The position numbers and the translations under genes were made by a program. A stretch of 64,000 nt of DNA from an uncultured Candidatus Saccharibacteria bacterium. Its GTDB lineage: Bacteria > Patescibacteriota > Dojkabacteria > J137. The DNA lies in the NCBI GenBank assembly GCA_965230975.1, contig OZ246402.1, positions 37,771 to 101,770 on the forward strand. Reading direction: 5' to 3'. Numbering within the stretch: the first letter of the stretch is position 1; the number at the start of each line of letters is the position of its first letter. Below are positions 9,472 to 17,616 of this stretch, one piece after another. The notes under the pieces were generated by a model that made no database searches, was not told the DNA's origin, and saw nothing but the letters and a program-made list of their open reading frames with translations.

Positions 9472-9929
9472 TGGTGGAGATGAGGGTAACCCCTGTCCAA
9501 CAAATTACAAATCTTTTAACTTTTTACAAGCTTATTCAATTTTCTTTTACTAGGAACCAGCTATAAATTGAAAAAATGCTAAATGCCTAGTGTTTACTAA
9601 TTCTTGATAATTTAACCGTAAACCAAAGTTAAATTACTGCGTCAAGGCTGGGTTTCGCCTAAAATCTCTCACCTTGAGAAGAAAAGTTAGACGGTAGACC
9701 TACTTTTTATTCGGTCTACAGCTTAAAACGACAATTAAGCGTTAAATGCTAATGCTCTGTTTCCAAATGCATTATCAATAGCGTTGTTAATAGCGTTGAA
9801 AGCCTTAGTAATTGGATTGACGTTTAGGTCAAAGTTTCGATTGCTCGAAAGTGTCTTTATTTTTACAGAAGTGAACACTACTTCTGGCCTGATTAAAAGT
9901 TGTTAAAGTGCTGTCGAATAAACATCCCC
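9472..9929 (-). ncRNA. ssrA: tmRNA with atypical tRNA-like domain
   Basis: 5' GGGGATG...ATTCGAC and 3' GGAC...CATCTCCACCA form an acceptor stem with the G3:U Ala identity pair; pk1 (AGAAG/CTTCT plus AGTGT/ACACT); TAAGCTTGTA motif; tag frame 9821-9735 VNPITKAFNAINNAIDNAFGNRALAFNA*. Confidence 0.92.
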
Positions 9930-10018
9930 GAAAATCTACCGAATCTTTTTATTAATCAGAAGATTTTCGGGATGGTCTAAAAAGATTTTAAAGTACTATA
10001 TTTGATTTATACCCATAT

Positions 10019-10027
10019 ATTATACCA
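10019..10027 (-). promoter_or_regulatory. Extended -10 promoter for ssrA
   Basis: TGGTATAAT on the minus strand about 90 bp upstream of the mature tmRNA 5' end. Confidence 0.6.
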
Positions 10028-10039
10028 CAAAACCCTATT

Positions 10040-10699
10040 TTAAGGCTCTTTGACCACCTCTAGTAAAAGTATGACCAAACTTCTATGTATTATCTTTTTT
10101 ATAACAAATCCTAAACTTTCAATTTCTAATAATGAAATTTGTGATATTTTCGTTTCTTCGATGTTTAAAAAATCAAAAACATATTTTTCTTTCATAATCA
10201 ACGGATCTTCTTCATCGTATTGCAGACTAAGATTTGTACGATACCTTAAAAAGTCACTTGAGTTTTGTTGCATAAACAACATTAATCTACCACCATTCTT
10301 AATAATTCTATGCGCTTCTTTAAAATGAGAAAGAATATCTTCTTTTTTATTGCCATAAACCCCCAAGGCCCATAACGAAATACCCGCATCTACTGATGAG
10401 GTTTCAAATTCGATTTTGCTAAAATCAGAATAAACATACAGGCTAGGGCTATCTGATGGGAACAAATCAATGCCAACAGCATTCTTATAACCTGCCGATC
10501 TTAAATGATCTACAAAGCAACCTAATCCACAACCAAAATCTACAATAGTTGCATCTTTGGAATAATTTAATAGATACTCGACCAAAGTTCTTACCCCAAA
10601 TGCTCTTTCATACTCCCTCCACCCCCTATCCCTTCGATAATGCTTATAATATTCCCATAATTCAGACACTGTTTTCATGGGCAAGATTATATCACTCAA
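10040..10699 (-). CDS. Class I SAM-dependent methyltransferase
   Basis: IVDFGCGLG motif I, GIDL, EAHRIIKNGGRL. Confidence 0.85.
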   Translation of the reverse strand: MSDIILPMKTVSELWEYYKHYRRDRGWREYERAFGVRTLVEYLLNYSKDATIVDFGCGLGCFVDHLRSAGYKNAVGIDLFPSDSPSLYVYSDFSKIEFETSSVDAGISLWALGVYGNKKEDILSHFKEAHRIIKNGGRLMLFMQQNSSDFLRYRTNLSLQYDEEDPLIMKEKYVFDFLNIEETKISQISLLEIESLGFVIKKIIHRSLVILLLEVVKEP

Positions 10700-10702
10700 A
10701 AC

Positions 10703-11386
10703 CTAGTCTCTTGCTTTTGCAATAACAAATCCAAAAATATTTACCTTGGGGAATTTAGACTTAATAATTTTTGCACATTCATTTAAGGTTGCACCTGTTG
10801 TAAATACATCATCTACAATAATGATATTTACTATATTAGACTCTTTAGAAATATTTTCGTGTAGTATAAAGGCATCTTTTAAATTCTCTGCTCTTTCAAA
10901 TTTATGAAGTTTTGCCTGAGCACCTGTGTTGTGAGTTTTTGAAAGAAACTTTACACAGTTTATACCAGAATATTTAGAAAGATGCCTAGTCAACAATTCT
11001 GACTGGTTAAAACCTCTTAACACGTACTTCTTTTTGCTAGTTGGAACAAAGGTTAAAACAGTATTGTAGGAATTAAAAGAATAAAACTGCAAAAAGTCAG
11101 ACATTATCTTGCCTAAAGTTTCTGTTATAGCAAAATAGTAATTGTATTTAATATCATAAATAATATTTTTAATAACTCCATCGTACACAGTTAAATTTAC
11201 AACCCCTTCTAAATAAGTTAACTCCCTACATTCATTGTGCACAAAGCCTATTCTTGATTCTCTATTGCAAATATGGCACTTATTGATTGGATCGACTTTA
11301 ATAAAACGCTTAAAACATTCATTGCATAAATAATCGCCTTCTTTTTGGCAAATGTAACAAGTTTTAGGGAATATAAAATCTAACAC
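10703..11386 (-). CDS. comF: ComF family competence protein (Zn ribbon + PRTase)
   Basis: LDFIFPKTCYIC..LCNEC, RGFNQS, IIVDDVFTTGATLNEC. Confidence 0.93.
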   Translation of the reverse strand: MLDFIFPKTCYICQKEGDYLCNECFKRFIKVDPINKCHICNRESRIGFVHNECRELTYLEGVVNLTVYDGVIKNIIYDIKYNYYFAITETLGKIMSDFLQFYSFNSYNTVLTFVPTSKKKYVLRGFNQSELLTRHLSKYSGINCVKFLSKTHNTGAQAKLHKFERAENLKDAFILHENISKESNIVNIIIVDDVFTTGATLNECAKIIKSKFPKVNIFGFVIAKARD

Positions 11387-11421
11387 TCCGAATTATTACA
11401 CTCTAATCTTACAAACTTCTT

Positions 11422-11540
11422 ACAAATTGAAATTTTGTACTTAAGAAATTTCAATTTAGCCCACAATTTGAAGAATTGGCTCACAATTTCAAAATTTGTA
11501 CTTGAGAATTTTAAAATTAGCCCACAAATTTAAATTTTGT
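11422..11540. repeat. Six degenerate 17-bp units at about 20-bp period (two 61-bp super-repeats)
   Basis: Units start at 11422, 11444, 11463, 11483, 11505 and 11524, e.g. ACAAATTGAAATTTTGT, ACAATTTCAAAATTTGT, ACAAATTTAAATTTTGT. Confidence 0.8.
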
Positions 11541-11571
11541 AATTTAAGTATACCCATATTAAAATTTAAAT

Positions 11572-11970
11572 ATGTCTAAAATATTAGCAATTGACTACGG
11601 TCGAAAACGAATTGGATTAGCCTTATCTGACGAAGATGAGTTTATTGCCTTTACCATTAATCCAGTCAGTGCTGAAAACTTTACAAAACTTTTTCAGCTA
11701 TTATTAAAAAGAATTAAAGAAGCCAACCCGTCTACTTTACTTGTTGGATACCCCTTAGGGATTGATTTAAAACCAACACAAATGTCTATTGAAGTTGATC
11801 AATTTATTGAAAAGCTAAAAGAAAATTTCAACATTCCTATAGAAAAATGGAATGAGGTTGGTACATCAAAGTTAGCACAAAAAAATATTAAAAATTCTAG
11901 AAACAAAAGTATTGATAGCGAATCTGCTAGAATAATACTTCAAGAATACTTAGATTTTAAAAAATCCTAA
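11572..11970 (+). CDS. ruvX: YqgF/RuvX family nuclease
   Basis: ILAIDYGRKRIGLALSD, LVGYP, NEVGTS, IDSESARIILQEYL. Confidence 0.93.
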   Translation: MSKILAIDYGRKRIGLALSDEDEFIAFTINPVSAENFTKLFQLLLKRIKEANPSTLLVGYPLGIDLKPTQMSIEVDQFIEKLKENFNIPIEKWNEVGTSKLAQKNIKNSRNKSIDSESARIILQEYLDFKKS

Positions 11971-13031
11971 TGAAAAAAATTGTAACCTCAGCTTTAATTA
12001 TTGTATTAATTATTTTTGTAGGAATATTCATTGCATATCAATGGTATAGCAATGCGATTTACACAGAAAATATACAATCTGAAGATATTGCTTTTACAGT
12101 TAATAATGGAGACAACCTGCTTACCATAGCCTCAAAGCTAGAACAATCTGGAGTAATAGCAAGTGAACAAGCCCTTAAAATATATGTTAGGTTAAATAAC
12201 ATTACTGCCAATATCAAAGCAGGGCAATATGCTATTCCTAAGGGCACCAATGTGCCAAACGTAATTAAAATTTTAGAAGAAGGTACTTTTAAGGTAAGTA
12301 TAGCTGTAACTATTCCAGAAGGAATGAGATATGAACAAATTGCAGATTTACTTGTATCTAAATTTGAGTCTTCTGCCCAAACTAATAACTTTGTAAAAAG
12401 TGAATTTATAGACATTTGTGAAAACCCAGATAAATACACTTTTGATACAAATGTTAGTGCGATTTTAAATAAATACAAACCCGCAAGCAATCCACTTAGA
12501 GGTTTGCTATTTCCAGATACCTATAGATTTGATTTTGATTCAAACGCCAAAACGGTTGTTTCTGCAATGTTATTAAACTTTGATAAACGACTTACGGATA
12601 ATGGCATAACCCTTGAAAATTTAAATAAGAATCAAAATAATCTAACCAGCATTTACGATGTAATTTCGTTAGCATCTATAATAGAAAAAGAGGCTGGTAA
12701 TGATGCAGACAGACCTTTGGTCTCCGGTATTTTTCATAACAGGTTAAAAGTAAATTACCCGCTGCAATCTGATATTACTATTCACTTTATTAAAAATGAT
12801 GAAGATACTTTTATATCTTTTGCCGATACTAAAATCGAATCACCTTACAACACTTACTTATATGCAGGTGTTACACCAACACCAATAAATAACCCTGGGA
12901 TTTCTTCTATTAAGGCAGCCTTAAATCCTACTAAAACAGAATATTTCTATTTTATTTATGACGCAAATGGTACACTATACTATGCAAAAACTTATGAAGA
13001 GCACATTGCAAATGTAAACAGGTACCTATGA
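11970..13031 (+). CDS. mltG: Endolytic transglycosylase MltG
   Basis: N-terminal TM, VTIPEG, LFPDTY, LASIIEKEA, LQSD, SPYNTY, PINNPG. Confidence 0.95.
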   Translation: MKKIVTSALIIVLIIFVGIFIAYQWYSNAIYTENIQSEDIAFTVNNGDNLLTIASKLEQSGVIASEQALKIYVRLNNITANIKAGQYAIPKGTNVPNVIKILEEGTFKVSIAVTIPEGMRYEQIADLLVSKFESSAQTNNFVKSEFIDICENPDKYTFDTNVSAILNKYKPASNPLRGLLFPDTYRFDFDSNAKTVVSAMLLNFDKRLTDNGITLENLNKNQNNLTSIYDVISLASIIEKEAGNDADRPLVSGIFHNRLKVNYPLQSDITIHFIKNDEDTFISFADTKIESPYNTYLYAGVTPTPINNPGISSIKAALNPTKTEYFYFIYDANGTLYYAKTYEEHIANVNRYL

Positions 13032-13387
13032 GTAAACCCCATCCAGACGATTACAAAATGACGCATTTGGAAACAGATTTTAGTACGAAAAAGATTTTCG
13101 CACTAATTTTATCTGTTCTGTTATTTTTTGTTGTACCCATAGTTACAATCGAAACTATAAGCAGTAAAATATCAAAGAACATTTCTGATGGTCAGGTTGC
13201 AGGGGTGTCTACTACTCAAACTAATTTTACCAATTCGAATGTTTTAAATCTTTTTGGGGTTAGCCTAAATTTAAATTCTCAATCAGGGCTTTTGATATTG
13301 GGAGGTGTTGTATTATTTGGCATTGCTATCATTTTGATAATTTATCTTTTTATAGATAACAATGCCAAAAACAAGTCTAAAAGCTAG
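13028..13387 (+). CDS. Small two-TM membrane protein
   Basis: Two hydrophobic segments; ATGA overlap with mltG. Confidence 0.7.
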   Translation: MSKPHPDDYKMTHLETDFSTKKIFALILSVLLFFVVPIVTIETISSKISKNISDGQVAGVSTTQTNFTNSNVLNLFGVSLNLNSQSGLLILGGVVLFGIAIILIIYLFIDNNAKNKSKS

Positions 13388-13523
13388 AGGATAAGACTTT
13401 ACTAAATCTAGACAGAAACCAGGCTTATTTTCATAACCATTAATTTCCCTAAACTAAACTTTCTTCTTGGTCTCATTACTTTTATATAATCTACGTTTGT
13501 CATTTTCTTTAAGATAAAAAATA

Positions 13524-14162
13524 TTAATTAATTGGATTTTCTAAAACAGCAATTACTTTACCGTTAATAAACGCCTCAGTGCTATTTCTTAAGTATATTG
13601 GTGTGTGAACAGGATTACTTGACTCTGGGTACAATATAATTTTGTCATCACTCTTTTTAAAGGTTTTGATAGTTGCGGCATTATCTACAACAGCTAAAAC
13701 TACATCTCCATCTGAAAAGCTACCACTCTTTTCTACAACCACATAGTTTTGATTTAAGATTGGAACCTTGTTTATAGTTCTTAAATTCATAGAATCACCC
13801 TTAACCATTAAAGCAAATAAGTCACTTTTTTTAGGTAGGATTTTTTTATCTACTTTTATTACTCCCATAATTTCTTCTTCTGCAACAACTAGTGGTTGAC
13901 CTGCATTTGCATAACCAAGGATTGGTATATCGTACATTTCAGAGCTAAACCCGGAATCTAGAAAGATGCCCCTAGATTTACCATTTCTGTAAATATAGCC
14001 TTTCTTTTCTAAAGCTTCTAAGTGCTTTACCACGCCTCTTTTGGTTTTTATATCTAGCATATCTTGAAGCTCTGTTAATGTTGGAGCAATATCAAATTCT
14101 GCAAAGTAGCTACCTAGAGTTTCTAATACTCTTTTTTGTTTTGGTGTTAAAAATTTTGCCAT
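13524..14162 (-). CDS. lexA: LexA repressor
   Basis: LTPKQ..APTLTEL..HLEALEKKGYI wHTH; AG cleavage site (ANAGQP); VKGDSM Ser; ATIK Lys. Confidence 0.95.
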   Translation of the reverse strand: MAKFLTPKQKRVLETLGSYFAEFDIAPTLTELQDMLDIKTKRGVVKHLEALEKKGYIYRNGKSRGIFLDSGFSSEMYDIPILGYANAGQPLVVAEEEIMGVIKVDKKILPKKSDLFALMVKGDSMNLRTINKVPILNQNYVVVEKSGSFSDGDVVLAVVDNAATIKTFKKSDDKIILYPESSNPVHTPIYLRNSTEAFINGKVIAVLENPIN

Positions 14163-14181
14163 ATACCTTATTTATTAAAAA

Positions 14182-14212
14182 GTATACATCTATGGTATAC
14201 GTGGTATACCAC
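14182..14212. promoter_or_regulatory. Candidate LexA operator (three GTATAC palindromes)
   Basis: GTATAC at 14182, 14195 and 14204; perfect GTGGTATACCAC at 14201-14212; 20-50 bp upstream of lexA. Confidence 0.5.
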
Positions 14213-14370
14213 TTTGGTCAACAATAAGTAAATTTTTTCTAAAAAAGCAGACTAGAAAATAAATTTTAGACAAGAGATAGCTCTTAACCATCAAGTCAAA
14301 AGACGTCCTAGACTAGTATGTAGTATGAGAGAAATTAGAGTAAACAATTTATTGAAGTTTAAGTAGTTTG

Positions 14371-14442
14371 CTCCGCCTGCAGGACTCGAACCTGCAGCCT
14401 GTCGGTTAACAGCCGATTGCTCCACCATTGAGCTAAGGCGGA
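14371..14442 (-). tRNA. tRNA-Asn (GTT), CCA not encoded
   Basis: TCCGCCT/AGGCGGA acceptor, GCTC D-stem, CT-GTT-AA loop, GCAGG-TTCGAGT-CCTGC T-arm. Confidence 0.97.
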
Positions 14443-14588
14443 ACAAACTACTCTTTACTAATTGCTCGAGGATTATATCAATAGATAAACTCTCAAACAA
14501 GGATAATTAGTTAATTTAAGTACACTAAATTATACTTTTAAAATAAGTGCTTCACTCAAGAGCAAAATAACTGTAAAATTAAAACATT

Positions 14589-17567
14589 ATGAATATGCAA
14601 GAAATAATACAACCTGCTCCTATCAAGAAAAAAAGAGAAACAATGATAGATATACTTAGAGGCATAGCGGTAGCGATTATGGTTATTACACATGTAATTG
14701 CAATAACTTACCGTGGGAGTGATGCAACGGTAATTAATATCGGTTTGTTTGGAGGCATTACTTCATTCACCTTCTTTTTAGTACTATCTGGAATAAGCAC
14801 ATACTTAGGAACACTATCTTTAAGCCAAGAAGAGTATCAACTTAAAAAAGGGAAAGCTTTGCAAAGAACCTTAAAAATAATAGTTGCATACTATTTAATA
14901 GCGTTTGTTTCCGCCTTTGTAACATTAAAAATATTCTCATTGCCACCAAATGCAAGCTGGATAAGCGGAATTATAGAAATAATATTATTAATAACTTTGC
15001 CTCAATTTGCAGAATTCTTAATAACACTAGCCTTCTATTCTTTATCTGTCACCTTTCTTTTTAGATTTTATAAATTTGTTTTAAGAAATCCATTGTTAGC
15101 AATTTTAATTTCAATAGCTAGTTACGGCATTGCACATTTCCTAGCTTATGTAGATTTAGGGTCAAATATAGCAAATAATTTAAAAGCATTATTTGTAGGG
15201 CACATATACTCTACCGGGCAACTTCATAGCTTTCCGATACTTCAATATTTACCTATTTTTATATTCGGACTATTTTTTGGCAAGTTCATACTAAATAATC
15301 AAACCAAATCTTTGAGGGTTAGAATTAGCCTAATTTGGCTAGTTGTATTTGGTGCACTAACCTTTGCCGGAAGTATAGCTTTTAAATATTTACCAACTCA
15401 AATATTAAATCCATTGCCAGATGAAGGCAGGTTCCCACCATCTTTAACATTTCTTACGCTTAGTTTATCTTTCACACTAGGAGTTGTATTAGTTTACTTA
15501 TTAGTTAATAACTTTTTACCAAAAGTAGTAAAAGCTTATCTGCATTTTTTAGGTGTTAACGCATTAAAACTTTTAGTATTTCATTCACTAGTTTTATTTT
15601 TATTTAAATATTTAACCACAAACATATCTTCTCCTGAAGGGTCAACTTTTCTTTACCTTACAGATTTAGTCTTAGCCTATCTTGTGGTAATGATAATCTC
15701 TTCTGTTTTAACAGGATTTTTAGCAAAATTAAAAACATGGTCGTTAGAAGGTAAAGAGGATTCAGGATTTACCTGGGTATTTACAGAAAGAGCAATTACC
15801 ACATTTGTATTTGTTTTAATATTTACACTTGTTGGCACAACAGTCTATACAGAAACTTTTGTAAAGAATATTGCAGCCGACACTACCTCCATTCAATTTA
15901 AAAAGAGATTAATAAGAGAGGAAGATGAGTGGTGGAACCATGAATACAAAACTTTTAGAGATATTTTAGTAAAAAATACAAATCCAGGGCAATCAATGTT
16001 CGCAGGTTCTTGGGCACAAGTTAAGTTTAACCACTCTCAAGCACTAGGCAGTAAAAATGCATTTATGTCCGATGGTAGAGATTTGAGAGTTGTTTATTTT
16101 GATAACACTAAGGGTGAATTTATAGTAATACCATTTGTTTTAGAGAATGCTAATACAGATAATTCTATAATTTCATTTAAGATTCAAAAAAGTGTTCAGC
16201 CACTAACTGAAGATAATAACTACTTTCTATATTACGGAAACCCAGGAGAAACTGAGGCTACATTTTCTACCGAAAAATACGCAACTGCATTTACAGATGG
16301 AATAACGTTAAAAGAAGAAAACTTTCATGGAATATTAAGTAAAACTAACAAGCAATGGTTCTTAAAGAAAAAAAGTGCAGCATTTCAAAGTGCAGCGCTA
16401 ACCTTTGAAGCTAATTTAATAGATAACGAAATTAATTCTGGTAGCATTGTTACATATAGCATTGTTGGTACAAATAAAAATGGCCGAATGGATCCATCTG
16501 GAGATAGAAACTATAAGGCAAATATTGTAGTGTCAGATTTAGAACCAGGTGCATATAAAATACAGGCAAACGTTACTGATTCAAGAAACAACCTAAAGAT
16601 TTACAGAAGTCAAGCAATCTCCTTTTATGTAACCTACCCTATTTATGTTACATGGACACTTGATTGGGAAGGCTGGGATGTTGGACAATCGGACTTAAAT
16701 GACATTGCAAATATTGGCGACACTTATGGAATGCCAATTACACATTTCTTTAACCCACGTATTTATGTTAAAAATCAATATACAATTAATAAAATATCTT
16801 CTGATAGAGCTAAATATATTACAAACTGGGTTTTAGAAAGAAGAAATAGTAAATACGATGAAATAGGAATGCACATGCACATGTGGACTGACATGGTTGC
16901 AGAAGCAGGGGTTTCTGCAAAAAGTTACCCTGTTATTCAAGGTACTTATGGTGTAGATGTACCAACATATGCATATTCTAGAGAAGAATTAAAAAAGATT
17001 TTTAATTGGGGTAGACAAAAGTTTATAGAGTATGGCCTTGGCGCTCCAATTTCTTACAGAACAGGGGCATGGATGTCTGGAACAGATGTTTTACTAGCAG
17101 CACAGGATGCAGGTTTCTTAATCGACTCTTCTGGAAGAACAGGTGGGAAAGTTAATGCCAGCATACCAGGTAGCACAGAAGTACCATGGTCATTAGATAT
17201 AACTACATCTCCATACTTACCAGATAATAACAATATAAATACCTGGAACAATAGCGCTAACCAAAGAATGCGAATTTGGGAATTTCCAAACAATGGTGCA
17301 GACTCTTACTGGTTCCCATCAAGTGAACTTATACGACGTTTTGACGCAAATTATCCAAACAAAGGTTCTATTGCAACAAGACCACAGGTTATTACTTATT
17401 TGAGCCATCCTCACTGGTTTGTAAGCGTAGACACCTGGAAAATTAGAGGTTTATTAAACTATACAAGCAACTATTTATATAGAGATGACGAAGGTCCTGT
17501 TGTTTATGCAACACTTGAGACCATTTACTCTGAATGGGAAAGAGATAAATTTATTAATGGCAATTAA
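14589..17567 (+). CDS. Membrane acyltransferase (HGSNAT/DUF1624-like) + DUF2341-like + polysaccharide-deacetylase-like fusion
   Basis: IDILRGIAVAIMVITH, FPILQY, RFPPSL and multiple TMs; WWN..GRDLRVV..YLYYGNP-type domain; TLDWEG, EIGMHMH, SYRTGAW, IDSS. Confidence 0.7.
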   Translation: MNMQEIIQPAPIKKKRETMIDILRGIAVAIMVITHVIAITYRGSDATVINIGLFGGITSFTFFLVLSGISTYLGTLSLSQEEYQLKKGKALQRTLKIIVAYYLIAFVSAFVTLKIFSLPPNASWISGIIEIILLITLPQFAEFLITLAFYSLSVTFLFRFYKFVLRNPLLAILISIASYGIAHFLAYVDLGSNIANNLKALFVGHIYSTGQLHSFPILQYLPIFIFGLFFGKFILNNQTKSLRVRISLIWLVVFGALTFAGSIAFKYLPTQILNPLPDEGRFPPSLTFLTLSLSFTLGVVLVYLLVNNFLPKVVKAYLHFLGVNALKLLVFHSLVLFLFKYLTTNISSPEGSTFLYLTDLVLAYLVVMIISSVLTGFLAKLKTWSLEGKEDSGFTWVFTERAITTFVFVLIFTLVGTTVYTETFVKNIAADTTSIQFKKRLIREEDEWWNHEYKTFRDILVKNTNPGQSMFAGSWAQVKFNHSQALGSKNAFMSDGRDLRVVYFDNTKGEFIVIPFVLENANTDNSIISFKIQKSVQPLTEDNNYFLYYGNPGETEATFSTEKYATAFTDGITLKEENFHGILSKTNKQWFLKKKSAAFQSAALTFEANLIDNEINSGSIVTYSIVGTNKNGRMDPSGDRNYKANIVVSDLEPGAYKIQANVTDSRNNLKIYRSQAISFYVTYPIYVTWTLDWEGWDVGQSDLNDIANIGDTYGMPITHFFNPRIYVKNQYTINKISSDRAKYITNWVLERRNSKYDEIGMHMHMWTDMVAEAGVSAKSYPVIQGTYGVDVPTYAYSREELKKIFNWGRQKFIEYGLGAPISYRTGAWMSGTDVLLAAQDAGFLIDSSGRTGGKVNASIPGSTEVPWSLDITTSPYLPDNNNINTWNNSANQRMRIWEFPNNGADSYWFPSSELIRRFDANYPNKGSIATRPQVITYLSHPHWFVSVDTWKIRGLLNYTSNYLYRDDEGPVVYATLETIYSEWERDKFINGN

Positions 17568-17616
17568 TAAATTTAATTATTATCTCTAAAATATAGCCTG
17601 AATTAAATATTAAATT

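Noticed and set aside
9923-9974. Permuted two-piece tmRNA
   Set aside because: The upstream CATCCC arm has no T-arm or CCA; the true 3' end is downstream in standard order
11422-11540. Possible CRISPR array
   Set aside because: Units are contiguous and degenerate, with no unique spacers and no cas genes
13408-13503. 31-aa minus-strand ORF after lexA (MTNVDYIKVMRPRRKF...)
   Set aside because: Too short, no motif or independent support
14291-14500. 69-aa ORF in the track
   Set aside because: It is a translation through tRNA-Asn
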